A stretch of DNA of 64,000 nucleotides from a virus (lineage: Duplodnaviria > Caudoviricetes), in IMG/VR virus record IMGVR_UViG_3300028601_000023, positions 32,001 to 96,000 of that record; one strand, 5' to 3'. The translations under genes were made by a program, and so were the position numbers. The notes beneath the pieces are model-generated. The model was given only the letters and a program-made list of their open reading frames with translations, did not search any database and was not told the DNA's origin. Shown here piece after piece: positions 32,563 through 43,846 of the stretch (the stretch's first letter is position 1; every line of letters begins with the position of its first letter).

Positions 32563-32839
32563 CATGACTGCTACTGGAGCGCGTCCGAACTGCGAAGAAA
32601 ACAAAAATGGAACTATCATTGTAGTTGATAATGCTGATTCTTTTCCATGTTTATTGATAGATGATAGACTAGGATGTACTGTAGAACTTTTACTTCGGGT
32701 TGCTGATTCTGCAACGAATATTGAATGTTCTCAAGTATACGATCCAAACCAAGAATCAGAATTCGAGAAATGGAATCGACTGAAATCTCAAAAGAATTTC
32801 AGAAAAATGATGAAAAAAGGAAAACTTTAGTATTTCTTG

Positions 32840-32882
32840 TTGACAGTCCAATAAGTATTGGTTATTCTAAACTCAATTGAAC
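32840..32882 (+). promoter_or_regulatory. Early promoter cassette
   Basis: TTGACA-N17-TATTCTAAACTCAATTGAAC. Confidence 0.85.
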
Positions 32883-33765
32883 GGAACAACAAAAACCAAG
32901 GAGTTTTAAAATGATTACCCTTTTCAAAAATTATGAATCCAAAACTGACGAAAACGGAATCATCACTTACGTAGGAACGATCCTTGATGATAACACCTTT
33001 GTTTATTCGGTTGTTTTTAAATTTCAAATGTTCACCTTAGATATGGAACGCGGGACGGTGCGTGGAAAGGTGACCTATAGCGATTCTGAAACTACCAATT
33101 CATACGCTGGTGAATTTGAGTATTGTCTTCTTCATAACAACCCGAATAGATTTGCAGAACATATGTTGTTTGAATCTGACAAAGATTTCTAAATAACCAA
33201 AACCGTGGAGTTTAAAATGAAAAAGTATTCGTTGCTCAACAAAAAGACCCAGAAGCTCGTTGAATTTGATAGTACATCAAACACTGGAATTGGTCCATGT
33301 GTAGATGTTATGTATACACTCTGTGAAAACGGTGAACAAGTTTGGCTGGTTGATTCATATGAAAAAGCAAAGAAAGTGCATTCTAATCCTTCAACACCGT
33401 GGTATAATGCAGGATATGAAACTCCGAATTATAATCTTGATATGAATGACTATGAAGTTGTTGAGGTTCATTTTTTTGTTGCTAAAGTTTAACCATAAGG
33501 AATACTAAAATGAAAATCAAATCAATCGTTTCCCAGTCCCGTAGAGATTTCACAGCTATCTATGAATGTGAACATTGTGGAGCAACTGAAAAGTCATATG
33601 GATATGATGATTCGTATTTCCATCAGAACGTTATTCCGAACATGGAATGCAAAGAATGTCATAAGAAAGCTTCTGCTGAATATAGGCCGTTGACAACAAA
33701 ATATCCCGATGGAAAGGTTGTATAAATTTCAATGAAATCTAATAGCAAAAGGAGTTCTATGGAAC

Positions 33766-34810
33766 TTGGCATTTCTATCAAAGACTGATTTACTAAAAAG
33801 AAACAATATAGAATTGTTCTGTGACAGATGTATCACCGGAGAATTTCAACTTGGTTTTTTTGGTACGGATGGATCTATAAAGGTAGATAACTGTACGATA
33901 CAAGAAAAGGAAAGAGTTGAAATTCTCCGTATTGATTTAGACAACAAATTCGAATGCGGATCTCTACTGAGAGAAGCATGTCTATGTTCTGGCTATTACC
34001 CTCGCATTTTTCTAAAAGATTCGTTTCATAAAGTCTATTTACTTACTGACATATACAAAGATCATGAATTTGCTGGAAAGAATTCTCCACCAATTTCTGA
34101 TTCTTTTAAACTAGATGCAGAACGACAAGAAAGAGCTCTTGTCGATGCTATTAACTTTTACTGTAAGGAGGCGCCTATAGCAATTCATGGATTGTCATAT
34201 CACACATGCTGAAAAGGTTGAAGGGGTTTCATTATTGGGGAACGAACCGTACATTGACATATTATTACATACAACAGACAATCGAAAGATCGGAGTGTCT
34301 TGTAAAGGGACTTGCTGTCCGTCATTAGCAGGAGGTGGACTAAAAGGATTGAAAACAATTGATCCAAATCTTGTATATCGTCTATTTGGCTCTATAGAGG
34401 ATGTTTACAGTGGTCTGGGTTTCAAACAAAACTTTGAGTTCTTTCATATAGATATTCCTGACTTGTTTTTTCAGATTCCAAAGGATTCGGTCAAACGGAT
34501 TCTCTCTGGAACAGAAGAGATGGGTGGGCCGATAGACTATATGTATATCGGTCCTATGGAGATAGAACATTCTCTTATAGATAACGTGCTCTATCTGAAT
34601 GGGAAATTTAAAAGTATTGATGAATACGCTGAGAAGGAATTGTTCTTTCGGATTCGTCAACGTGACTCTAAAGACAAAATTTTAACAATGGATTTTCAGA
34701 CATATGATCGAGAAGGCTATCCGTTTATCCATAGACATGGTAAAAAGAAGACATCTCGGATCGTGATCACCGATTTTGCAACTGGAAATTTATTTTACAA
34801 AATTTTGTGA
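33766..34810 (+). CDS. PD-(D/E)XK-like nuclease split over two overlapping ORFs (33766-34212 and 34187-34810)
   Basis: ERQE in ORF1; YIDIL...GVSCKG..SLAGGG in ORF2. Confidence 0.5.
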
Positions 34811-35169
34811 AATTATGAAAAAGTAGTTGACAGCTTTTCTTATCGGTTATATCTATTAATTGAAATTGCTTATAAACATCAACAATCAACCACAGAGTTT
34901 ATCATGATCACGACACTTTCTATCAGTTCCATCGAGATCGCAAACAGAGCTCGAAACCTTTACAAGCACAACGGACTATACTTCAGACTGTTTGCTAAAG
35001 GTATTACTCCTAATGGCTGCTGGTTGGTCGCTCCTTACATGCTGCAGCTGATTGATATTGATGCTGCAACTGGCGAAGACGTATATGGACAGAACAGGAT
35101 TGAGTTCATAGGAATGGTTGAGTCCAATAGAGAATATGTAAAATATTTTGACTGAAAGCGTAAAATTGA

Positions 35170-35212
35170 TTGACATATACTAACCATTTAGTTATTCTAA
35201 ACTCAATTGAAC
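35170..35212 (+). promoter_or_regulatory. Early promoter cassette
   Basis: Same consensus as at 20026. Confidence 0.85.
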
Positions 35213-35243
35213 GGAACAATAACAAAAAACCAAGGAGTTTATC

Positions 35244-35591
35244 ATGAAGACCGAACTTACCACCATGATCACGGAATTTGCCAAAGCTAACAAAGTTTCC
35301 AAAATCAAGACCACCGAATTCATCGAGACTGTTCTCGCTCAGCATGCAGTGAAGAAGGAAAAAGTTGTTCGAGAAAAGGTCAAAAAAGAACGTGTGATTG
35401 ATCGGATCTACAATCTTGCTGCTAATTTTCAGACCTTCAACGTTGGTCAGGCTGCTGAGTTGACCAACTCTTCTTGGATCAGTTCTTATCATGCAATTAA
35501 ACATCTTGCCAAGGAAGGTAAGATCAAGGAAGTTTCCAAACAGGAAACTGGTAAGCGTGGAAAGAAGTCTGCTATCTGGTCGATTGCCTAA
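35244..35591 (+). CDS. Basic winged-helix-like DNA-binding protein
   Basis: FNVGQAAELT..SYHAIKHLAKEGKIKEV..GKRGKKSAIW. Confidence 0.55.
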   Translation: MKTELTTMITEFAKANKVSKIKTTEFIETVLAQHAVKKEKVVREKVKKERVIDRIYNLAANFQTFNVGQAAELTNSSWISSYHAIKHLAKEGKIKEVSKQETGKRGKKSAIWSIA

Positions 35592-36505
35592 CTCAACCCA
35601 TCTATAAGGAGATATTCAATGACTTCCTATGAACTTGCTGAGTCCATCATGTGTGAGCCGATCCGTTTTGATGACGCAGATGAACTGACAATATCCGCAG
35701 AGGATCGAGCAGCATTGCGCATTGCAAAGATTCTTGGTATCTCTGCGGAGGAGGAATAAGATGTTGGAAGAAAAAGTTGTTCATCTGTTGAATCAGTTGG
35801 AAAATCTGTCAAAGCAATATACACCAGAAGTATTTGATGCTGCTGTGGCAGTTATTCAGATGAATGGTATTACAGAGATTCTAGGAGGACTTATTGTTAT
35901 TGTTCTTGCGGTTGCTGTAGGATATATTTCTTTACGGCTTTACAAATATGCAGGTCAAAAATATGAAGAAGATTATATGAGTGATTGGAACGAAGTTCAA
36001 GGAGTTGTTCAATGGATCGGTCCAATAATTACAATAACGCTTTTAGTCATTGCTTCTTGTTTTCTATTTGATATCTGGAATTGGATTGCTATTTTCAATC
36101 CGAAGTTGGCTCTTGCAAAAACTGTTCTAAAGTTTTAGGAGATCTCATGGGAATCTGTCCGTATTGTGAAAAAGAAATTCCAAGACAAGAATCTGCTATT
36201 CACCATGTTCTTGATTGTGCTAGACTGTTGATCGAGAAGTATGAGAATGCTCTACATAAAATTGTCAAATATTGTCCGTATGAAAATACTGATCCGAAAC
36301 TTCTATCTGAGCAAAAGCGTATTCTAAATGAAATCATGGTGTGTCCAAACTGTGCTAAGAAAGCTGCAAATCAATACGCGTTTTCTAATAGATGTGACAA
36401 GCATTATTCTGAAGAACGAAAAATAGATCTACGGATCAATTCACATCGAGAATATCTAGCTGAGTATGGACCGAAAGAAATTGCTAAAGAGGCATTGAAG
36501 AAAGA

Positions 36506-36781
36506 ATGACAGAAGAAAGAATTATAGCATCAGCGATTAGACATAAGGAAACATGTGAAATATGGACTCTACCCGCACCAGCAAGACACCACAATCTTTT
36601 TAGAATACTTCCTGATGAGTTATCTAGTTCAGATATTGCTAAGTATATAGAACAGGGATTTGAAACCAATCTTAGACCGTTTGTTGATCGAAAAGAAGCA
36701 AAGAAGATTGCTCGTGAAGCAGATCAACTGTTAGATCGAGCTTCTCCACTAAATATTCTTTTTTCTGAAGATGTTTGGTAG
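36506..36781 (+). CDS. Conserved phage hypothetical protein
   Basis: PARHH..QGFET..FVDRKEA..LFSEDVW pattern. Confidence 0.6.
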   Translation: MTEERIIASAIRHKETCEIWTLPAPARHHNLFRILPDELSSSDIAKYIEQGFETNLRPFVDRKEAKKIAREADQLLDRASPLNILFSEDVW

Positions 36782-36788
36782 AATTCTA

Positions 36789-36831
36789 TTGACAGTCTAA
36801 TAAGAATTGAATATTCTAAACTCAATTGAAC
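36789..36831 (+). promoter_or_regulatory. Early promoter cassette
   Basis: Nearly identical to the copy at 20026, including the spacer. Confidence 0.85.
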
Positions 36832-37063
36832 AACATAAACCAAGGAGTTTGAAATGGAAACCAACAGAATCGAAATCGACACCAACTTTTCATATGAAAT
36901 TGACTATCAGAATTTGCATAGAACCGGTACTTGGACTCTGATTACAATTTACAAGAACGGACAATTGTTCGGTGGAACTTCTCATAAGGGTCGTCTGTCT
37001 GAGGAAGAGTGTTTGAAGAACGCCAAGAATTTCATTGCAATATACAACTCTTAAGGAACCAAA

Positions 37064-37468
37064 ATGAATAAAACACTTTATATTGTTCGTGGACTTCCTG
37101 GATCTGGCAAGTCAACGCTTGCAAAAAATCTTGTCAGTGAGCCTCTTCTTCATCATCATGAAGCGGATCAGTATTATGTTGGATCTGATGGCGTGTATCG
37201 TTTTGATCCAGATAAGATCGGGGCGGCCCATTCATATTGTCGGAGATGTGTTGAAAACGATATGGAAAACGATATCCCAAGGATTTCTGTCTCTAATACG
37301 TTTACTACTCTGAAAGAGATTCAACCGTATTTGGAACTATGCAAGCTTCATGGATATACTCCGGTTGTCATTCATTGCGAAAATAACTTTGGGAATATTC
37401 ATGGCGTACCAGAAGAAACTCTTGCAAAGATGAAAGCCCGGTGGCAGAAATATGAAATTGCAGTATAA
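37064..37468 (+). CDS. Polynucleotide-kinase-like P-loop protein (AAA_33)
   Basis: RGLPGSGKSTLA, VSNTF and NIHGVPEE. Confidence 0.85.
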   Translation: MNKTLYIVRGLPGSGKSTLAKNLVSEPLLHHHEADQYYVGSDGVYRFDPDKIGAAHSYCRRCVENDMENDIPRISVSNTFTTLKEIQPYLELCKLHGYTPVVIHCENNFGNIHGVPEETLAKMKARWQKYEIAV

Positions 37469-37641
37469 TGTATGCCCAGATTGTATCTTTAAATCTATTT
37501 ACTATCGCGAGATCTGTGAACAACCAAATCATATGAAAGTAAATTATATTACTGGAAAGAAGAAGGGTGTTAATTGTGTAGAGGTCCGTGGTGGATTTAT
37601 CAGCTGTATATTTTTCAAACCTAACATGGAGAAGACGCATA

Positions 37642-37923
37642 ATGGAATTACCAGTTAACTATGATGCTCTTGATCCCTCTTTTAGACACCTTGTGAGGGA
37701 AGAGTATGTACATCTTCAAAAGGGAGACTGTTATTATTGCGGCAGAAAACTTGATGAAGAGCCACCTATTGATGTTTTATGTAAACGAATACATCGTCAT
37801 CTTTATCCAGATGGGTTCTTTAATAGTCCTATTCATCTTCATCATGATCATGAAACGGGGTTGACTTTAGGGGTTGTTCATGCTTATTGTAACGCCGTAT
37901 TATGGGAATATGAGGGAGAATAA
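37642..37923 (+). CDS. Endonuclease VII/HNH-like small protein
   Basis: QKGDCYYC...HLHHDHETG..GVVHAYCN. Confidence 0.7.
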   Translation: MELPVNYDALDPSFRHLVREEYVHLQKGDCYYCGRKLDEEPPIDVLCKRIHRHLYPDGFFNSPIHLHHDHETGLTLGVVHAYCNAVLWEYEGE

Positions 37924-38368
37924 GATGATAGTTTATAGAATTTATAAACAGATGAATGCGGCAGATACATGGAGAGATCCAGATGATATTCATGTTGTTG
38001 AACTTGGATACAAACAATCATTAGAAGATTCTCTTGTGTTTGTTCAAAAACAAATTTTAGAAACATTTCATAGAAAACATACTGAAATTTTTAAAAGAAA
38101 AGACGGAACTTATAGTGCTCAGGATTTTTGTTCTTATGCGTGGGAAATAATCATTCAACCAATTGAGGTAGATTAAATGATGAGATGTCCTAAGTGTAAG
38201 GAACAGATGAAAAGAACTTATACACATCATAGAGCATATGATAAGCCCAATATGCATATTGAATCATGTGCAGATTGTTCAATTCAAATTTGTTGGTTCG
38301 AAATGAAAGATGGTTACACATATAAAATTGATCAGATTAAAGATGATGAAACATTAGAAGGATAGAAA

Positions 38369-38770
38369 ATGGAAAAAGCTAATAGATTTTGCGTTCAAAC
38401 TCTAATCAAAGCAGATGAACCAACTTTTAATGGGAGAATCTATTCGAAAGATCTATTGAAAGAAATTTGTAAAATGGATTTCCCAGAATACGGGTCGTGC
38501 TTTCATGGTTATGATAGAAATTTTGATATTGGAACAATTTCTCACATTAACCACGGGTTGTTTATTGAAGATGGTATCCTTACTGGTGATATTGAAGTTT
38601 TAGAAACACCTCCCGGTAAAATTTTAAAAAATGTAATACAAGAATGTGGAGCAGAATCTTTGTTTTTAAACATTTGTTTTGATGCAACTAATATAGACGA
38701 TAAAGAAAATTTTAAGATTATTAGCATTGTTAGTCTTCCTATATCTCCAAGGAGCGATATTCATGAATAA
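38369..38770 (+). CDS. Degenerate prohead-protease (gp21/S77)-like protein
   Basis: ADEPTFNGRIYS, GSCFH, ISH and EVLETPPGKIL; the SSRG catalytic motif is absent. Confidence 0.6.
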   Translation: MEKANRFCVQTLIKADEPTFNGRIYSKDLLKEICKMDFPEYGSCFHGYDRNFDIGTISHINHGLFIEDGILTGDIEVLETPPGKILKNVIQECGAESLFLNICFDATNIDDKENFKIISIVSLPISPRSDIHE

Positions 38771-39419
38771 GTTTATTGTGTGTATTTTGCTTTTGTTTTG
38801 TTGTGCATGTTCAGATGTTGATCTTACTATTCCAAATGAAGTCAAAAAAGTGCAATCCTATAATAAAGGAGAGGTGTGTACTTATTCTTTATATGATGGA
38901 ACAGGACAAGGATATGATACAATTGATGGACCTTGTGGTTGGGCTAATGTGAATGATATAGCTGTTATGGAAAATAATCAAATTGTAGTAAAGAGGAGGA
39001 ACTGATGACTGTAGTAAAAATTAACGACTATACAGATAATGAAGTAATTAATCTCATAGATTGTGTTACTGGGTGGGCATATAAGATTTTCTTTGAGGGT
39101 GGAAATAGTTCTATATGGTTGTGTCTAGATGTTGAAGGTGAAACAGTTTTTGTTGATTGTAACCATCTTTCTGTTGAAACCGCAGAATCTTTAACAGTAT
39201 CATATGATCCGATCATCAAGATTATTCCAATTGAAAATATAACTATTATTGCAGAGTAAGCAATGAATTCTGATCTCATAAGATGCACATACTGTGGAAG
39301 ATTCATCGCATATAAAGATCTTGAAGAAGAAACTGCTTCTTTCATAATGACTCTTCCTGAGTCTGCTTATTCAGTTGAGACATGGGTTGGAACATGTAAA
39401 GCATGCAACCAAAAAATGA

Positions 39420-39462
39420 TTGACAGCCCATCATGTTTCAGTTATTCTAAACTCAATTGAAC
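39420..39462 (+). promoter_or_regulatory. Early promoter cassette
   Basis: Same consensus; the downstream gene starts at 39483. Confidence 0.85.
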
Positions 39463-40192
39463 AACAAACCAAGGAGATTGAAATGGAATTCGTCAAAACC
39501 AATTGCTTCGACAAAGAAACTTCTGACTTTAAAATAGCTGTTCACGGTAATCTCAAAAACCTTTTCGTTGTTGGTGTCTATTCATTTGATATTGATTGCT
39601 TCTATTGGCACAAGTTATTTGTTTATGAAAACGGAAAGAAGCGTAGACCAACACTTGTTGAATTAGATAAGATTGAAAAAAAAGTTCTTTCTTATTATGA
39701 TGAGGATGGTGATTTAGATGTATAGTATGAGAAACAAAGATGGATTTTTGATTGCAAAATTTTCAGATTATATTGGGAAGCTTATTATCATGAGGTCTGA
39801 TGGGCACTTTGACTGTAAGACCTTTTTATCTGGTGGCTATCATAAATGTTACGTTCTTGATGTGGATGCTACTTTTTTCCTTGGGGAAGAAGGAAAAGAA
39901 GAATTTATGAAGGTGTATCTTTGGAAAGGATCTTATCTATATGAGGTTGAGTAATGAAAGTATATTGTAAGAATTGTAAATTTTTTCCAACTCGCCATTT
40001 TCATGCTTTTAATTATAGTTCATGTAATGCTATTACTAGGGTGTGGGCAAGAAAAACAGAAGAATCCCCATATGTCCCACAGTATGAAGAAAAGATTAAT
40101 GAATATGCTATACCAGCCGCCCACAACAAATACAACACATGTAAGTATTATGAAGAAGGATTCTTTTACAAACTTTTCAAAAGGTGGATGTA

Positions 40193-40792
40193 ATGGCTAC
40201 TTTCTTTACTTCAGATTTACATATTGGACATGAACGATGTGCTATTGATTTTAGGCCGCATTCTTCATTGGGTGATATGCATGATTTCATCATAACGGCG
40301 TGGAATGGAACAATTACAAATAACGATGATGTTTATGTCCTTGGAGATGTTTTCATGGGAGAATGGAAGACGCTTGAAAAAGCAAATGAATTTCTCAATA
40401 GTTTGAATTTCAAATCTTTCAATGTTATTCCAGGAAATCATGACAAACCAAATTTTCTAAGAGAAATTTCCATACATAGATCAAAGATGGAACTGAATGA
40501 TTTTGACGTATCCACAACTCATATTGTTGAGAAAAAATTCCCTGTTGAAACAAAGAACACAAAAATGTATCCACTGGTATGTTCTCATTATCCTCTTGCT
40601 TCATGGTCAACAGTTGCTAAAGGTATTGGTCATGTTCATGGACACTGCCATATGGCATATAAGGGAAAAGGTAGAATTCTTGATGTTGGTTGGGATGGAT
40701 TCTATACAGAACGAAAGAAAGGAATTTGGTCTGTTGATGATATCAAAGAATATATGAACAAACAAGAAATTTTTAGCGTAGACTATCACTAA
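40193..40792 (+). CDS. Calcineurin-like phosphoesterase
   Basis: SDLHIGH, LGDV, GNHD, SHYP and HGHCH. Confidence 0.9.
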   Translation: MATFFTSDLHIGHERCAIDFRPHSSLGDMHDFIITAWNGTITNNDDVYVLGDVFMGEWKTLEKANEFLNSLNFKSFNVIPGNHDKPNFLREISIHRSKMELNDFDVSTTHIVEKKFPVETKNTKMYPLVCSHYPLASWSTVAKGIGHVHGHCHMAYKGKGRILDVGWDGFYTERKKGIWSVDDIKEYMNKQEIFSVDYH

Positions 40793-41271
40793 AGGAGAAT
40801 GTATGAATATCGGAACATGTTCTATTTGTGGAGGAGCCGTTACTACACCAGACGTTTGGCATGGTGTTATTCCGCCAACCCCGCGATGTTCTAGCTGTGG
40901 TGCAGTTCCTGCTGCTACTTATGGACCAATCATTCAAATGAGACCACAAGTGATTACTGAGATCATTACGACTGGTCCTACAACACTTAATCTATAAACA
41001 CCATTATGAACCTTATAACTTTTCTAACTATCTGGTCATGGATCTTGATGATTGCTGGAGGGATTCTTTCTATTGCCAATGCTGCAATGTTTTGGTATTA
41101 TGAATTCACGAACGACGGGCAGTATACTGTTCTTGTCTATGGTCCTAGACATTATTGGTCTGTTAAGTGGGCTGTTCTTTTTCTTGTAGTTGGTGTATCA
41201 ATATTCTTTTCATTGGAGTAAGCAATGCAAACTTTCATGCCGTATTGGGAAAATCTATTTAGGGGGAAGTT

Positions 41272-41544
41272 ATGAAAATTCGAGCGGGGTTTGTTTCTAA
41301 TTCGAGCAGCAGTTCATTTGTGGTTCATAAGTCTGAACTCGGCGAGCACTATAATGATATTGTAAATGATCTTGAATTGCTTAGTATCAATACTGATGGA
41401 TATTGGGGAGATTCCGGAGAAACTTATACTGAGCAGCGTGGATATCTATTTGTAGAAACTCATCGTGTCTATAGTGAAGTAAAAGAGATCTTTGCTCGTC
41501 GTGGAATCGATTGCAACAATATTGGACTACGGATGGTTGGCTAA
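41272..41544 (+). CDS. NSSSSS-leader protein 3
   Basis: MKIRAGFVSNSSSSSF with a body unrelated to copies 1 and 2. Confidence 0.7.
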   Translation: MKIRAGFVSNSSSSSFVVHKSELGEHYNDIVNDLELLSINTDGYWGDSGETYTEQRGYLFVETHRVYSEVKEIFARRGIDCNNIGLRMVG

Positions 41545-42461
41545 TGAATTTTATTAAGTATACTGATATAGAACACCATTATCAGAGCAAATACGTTAAC
41601 TACATGTTGGAGACGCATCCTGAACTGAGAACATGTAAGTATATTGCTCAGGAGAAAATCGACGGATCTAATTTTCAGATTGCAGCTGATTCTACTTCTT
41701 TTCGGTTTGGATCTCGGAATCATCTGTTAGATTCATATGGTAATTTTCAGGGAATGAGTCTAGTACAATTTGCTGATGAACATTTTAGATTCATATTTGA
41801 TCTACAGAAATTTGCTATTCAGCAGAAACAAACAGTTAGAGTCTTTGGTGAGTTATTCGGCAAAGGTATTCAGAACCGAGTATACTATGGAGACCATAAG
41901 TATTTTAGAATCTTTGATATGATGATCGGAGACGAATATCTTACACAAAAAGAATTTTATAATTCTAATCTATTCTATGGGTATGATCTAATTGCATATG
42001 GAGCACCAGAAATACTTTCACTTGAAGAAGCTCTTTCACTTGATCCAACGGCTAATTCTCTCTATACTGGTGCCTTTTACAATAAACCAAATCCAATGGA
42101 AGGTTATGTTATTAAACCGTGGGATGTCAAATCTTCTTTTAGAATCAAATTGAAGAACCCTTCTTTTGCTGAAAAGTCTGTTGCTAGAGAAATTAAGAAT
42201 AAAGAATATTCTGATAGAGTAAATGGGCTAAAAGCAAATTTTGAATCTTATATCAATGATTCTCGGATCTTGTCATGTTTCTCTAAGGTTGGTCCAATTG
42301 AAACTCAGTCTCAACTAGGTCATTATATTCCTTTAATTCTTGAAGATGCTAAAGTAGACTTTTTCAAGGAGAACGAGACAAATGAATTGACAAAGGAAGA
42401 AGTCAAATATATATTCAATTCTGGAAAACAAATTGCGCGAATGCTGCAAAATCATCTTTAA
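41544..42461 (+). CDS. RNA ligase 2 (Rnl2 family)
   Basis: EKIDGSNF, FGELFG, FDM, EGYVIKP and IKLKNPSFAE. Confidence 0.9.
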   Translation: MNFIKYTDIEHHYQSKYVNYMLETHPELRTCKYIAQEKIDGSNFQIAADSTSFRFGSRNHLLDSYGNFQGMSLVQFADEHFRFIFDLQKFAIQQKQTVRVFGELFGKGIQNRVYYGDHKYFRIFDMMIGDEYLTQKEFYNSNLFYGYDLIAYGAPEILSLEEALSLDPTANSLYTGAFYNKPNPMEGYVIKPWDVKSSFRIKLKNPSFAEKSVAREIKNKEYSDRVNGLKANFESYINDSRILSCFSKVGPIETQSQLGHYIPLILEDAKVDFFKENETNELTKEEVKYIFNSGKQIARMLQNHL

Positions 42462-42485
42462 CCTTTAACCCGTTTGGAGTATCTA

Positions 42486-43184
42486 ATGGCAACTATTATT
42501 GCAATTTCTGGTTTTAAGCGTTCTGGCAAGGATACATTCGCAGAAGAAGTACGTGATGCGCTATATGGTTATTCTGCTATTGGAAGTGTCTATATTGAAC
42601 CAATGGCTGCAGCGATCAAAAATGTTGTTGGACAGATCTACAATGTCAGCGAGAATTCTTATCTTGATGCTGGTCTAACAAAGGAATCTCCTCTTCCGGA
42701 ATTGACCAAATACTATCTACCAAAAGTAAAGTCTGCTGTTCCATTTGGTAGCTATCGTTATGCGTTGGATCTCGTTGGTGAGACAATGAAAACTCTTTTT
42801 GGACCAGACGTTTGGGTTGATGCCATTAAGAGATTTGTAAATGATACAACTTTCTTTTCTACTGGAGACGGTCTGATCATTCCTGATATTCGATTTGCTC
42901 AGGAACAGAAGATGTTGGCAGATCTGGAAAAGGAAGGACATCGTGTGATCCGAGTTTTGGTACTTCGCAAAGACGCTATTCCTGAATGGGCAAAGCATGG
43001 TCTGGTTCCTTCTAATCCGGAAGAACTGAAGATCATCAAGAAAGACTTCCGTGCCTCTAATCCTGAAATTGATTGGTGTATTTCTAATCCGAAATTTGAT
43101 TTTATTGTAAAAAATGATGGACCGATTGAAGAAGTCGCTGAAATTGCTAAAGAATTTGTTAAAAAGTTTTTCAAAGACGCGTAA
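42486..43184 (+). CDS. Deoxynucleoside monophosphate kinase (gp1-like)
   Basis: ISGFKRSGKDT, VWVD, IPDIRF and NDG. Confidence 0.85.
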   Translation: MATIIAISGFKRSGKDTFAEEVRDALYGYSAIGSVYIEPMAAAIKNVVGQIYNVSENSYLDAGLTKESPLPELTKYYLPKVKSAVPFGSYRYALDLVGETMKTLFGPDVWVDAIKRFVNDTTFFSTGDGLIIPDIRFAQEQKMLADLEKEGHRVIRVLVLRKDAIPEWAKHGLVPSNPEELKIIKKDFRASNPEIDWCISNPKFDFIVKNDGPIEEVAEIAKEFVKKFFKDA

Positions 43185-43273
43185 TAATCTAAAAGAAAAG
43201 TGATAAAAGAGGGTCTTTCCTATTGACAGGGGAGACCCTTTTGATTATTCTGAATCCAACAAGGAGCAATTAT

Positions 43274-43846
43274 ATGAGATACTGCTACATTCATGGATTC
43301 AACTCTGGACCGAAAACGTCTACGCTAGATGCCTTAAGATCTGATCTCGGTGTGGAAGTCTTTGGGTTGTCTTACAAATCTCAGTTCACATACTACCAGA
43401 ACATTGAAAAGCTCTCCAGACAAATCAATGATCTTAGAGAACCGTGCATCTTGATCGGAACATCTCTTGGTGGATTTTATGCCAGTCGACTTCTTATCAA
43501 CTACAATGTTTCTGGTGCTGTCATGTTCAACCCATGCAACTGTCCAGCCGAAGAACTCCAACAATTCATCGGACTGAATACCAACTTTTCAACTGGAGAA
43601 CAGTACGAGCTGACTGATTATATTGTAGACACATATTCCATGGCTACAGAATTAGATCTTCGTAATGTCATGAAACCAAAGTTGGTTTATCTCGCCAACA
43701 ATGATGAATTGATAAATAATACTGAATCAGAATCGTACTGGAATGGATGTGCTCAGATAGAATGGTTTGAAGGAAACCATCGAGTCACAGATTTCAGTCC
43801 GTTCAAAGATGAAATTCTTTCAATGGAGCATCTTATATATCTATGA
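43274..43846 (+). CDS. YqiA/YcfP-like alpha/beta hydrolase
   Basis: YIHGFNS, GTSLGG, FNP, DE and GNH. Confidence 0.88.
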   Translation: MRYCYIHGFNSGPKTSTLDALRSDLGVEVFGLSYKSQFTYYQNIEKLSRQINDLREPCILIGTSLGGFYASRLLINYNVSGAVMFNPCNCPAEELQQFIGLNTNFSTGEQYELTDYIVDTYSMATELDLRNVMKPKLVYLANNDELINNTESESYWNGCAQIEWFEGNHRVTDFSPFKDEILSMEHLIYL

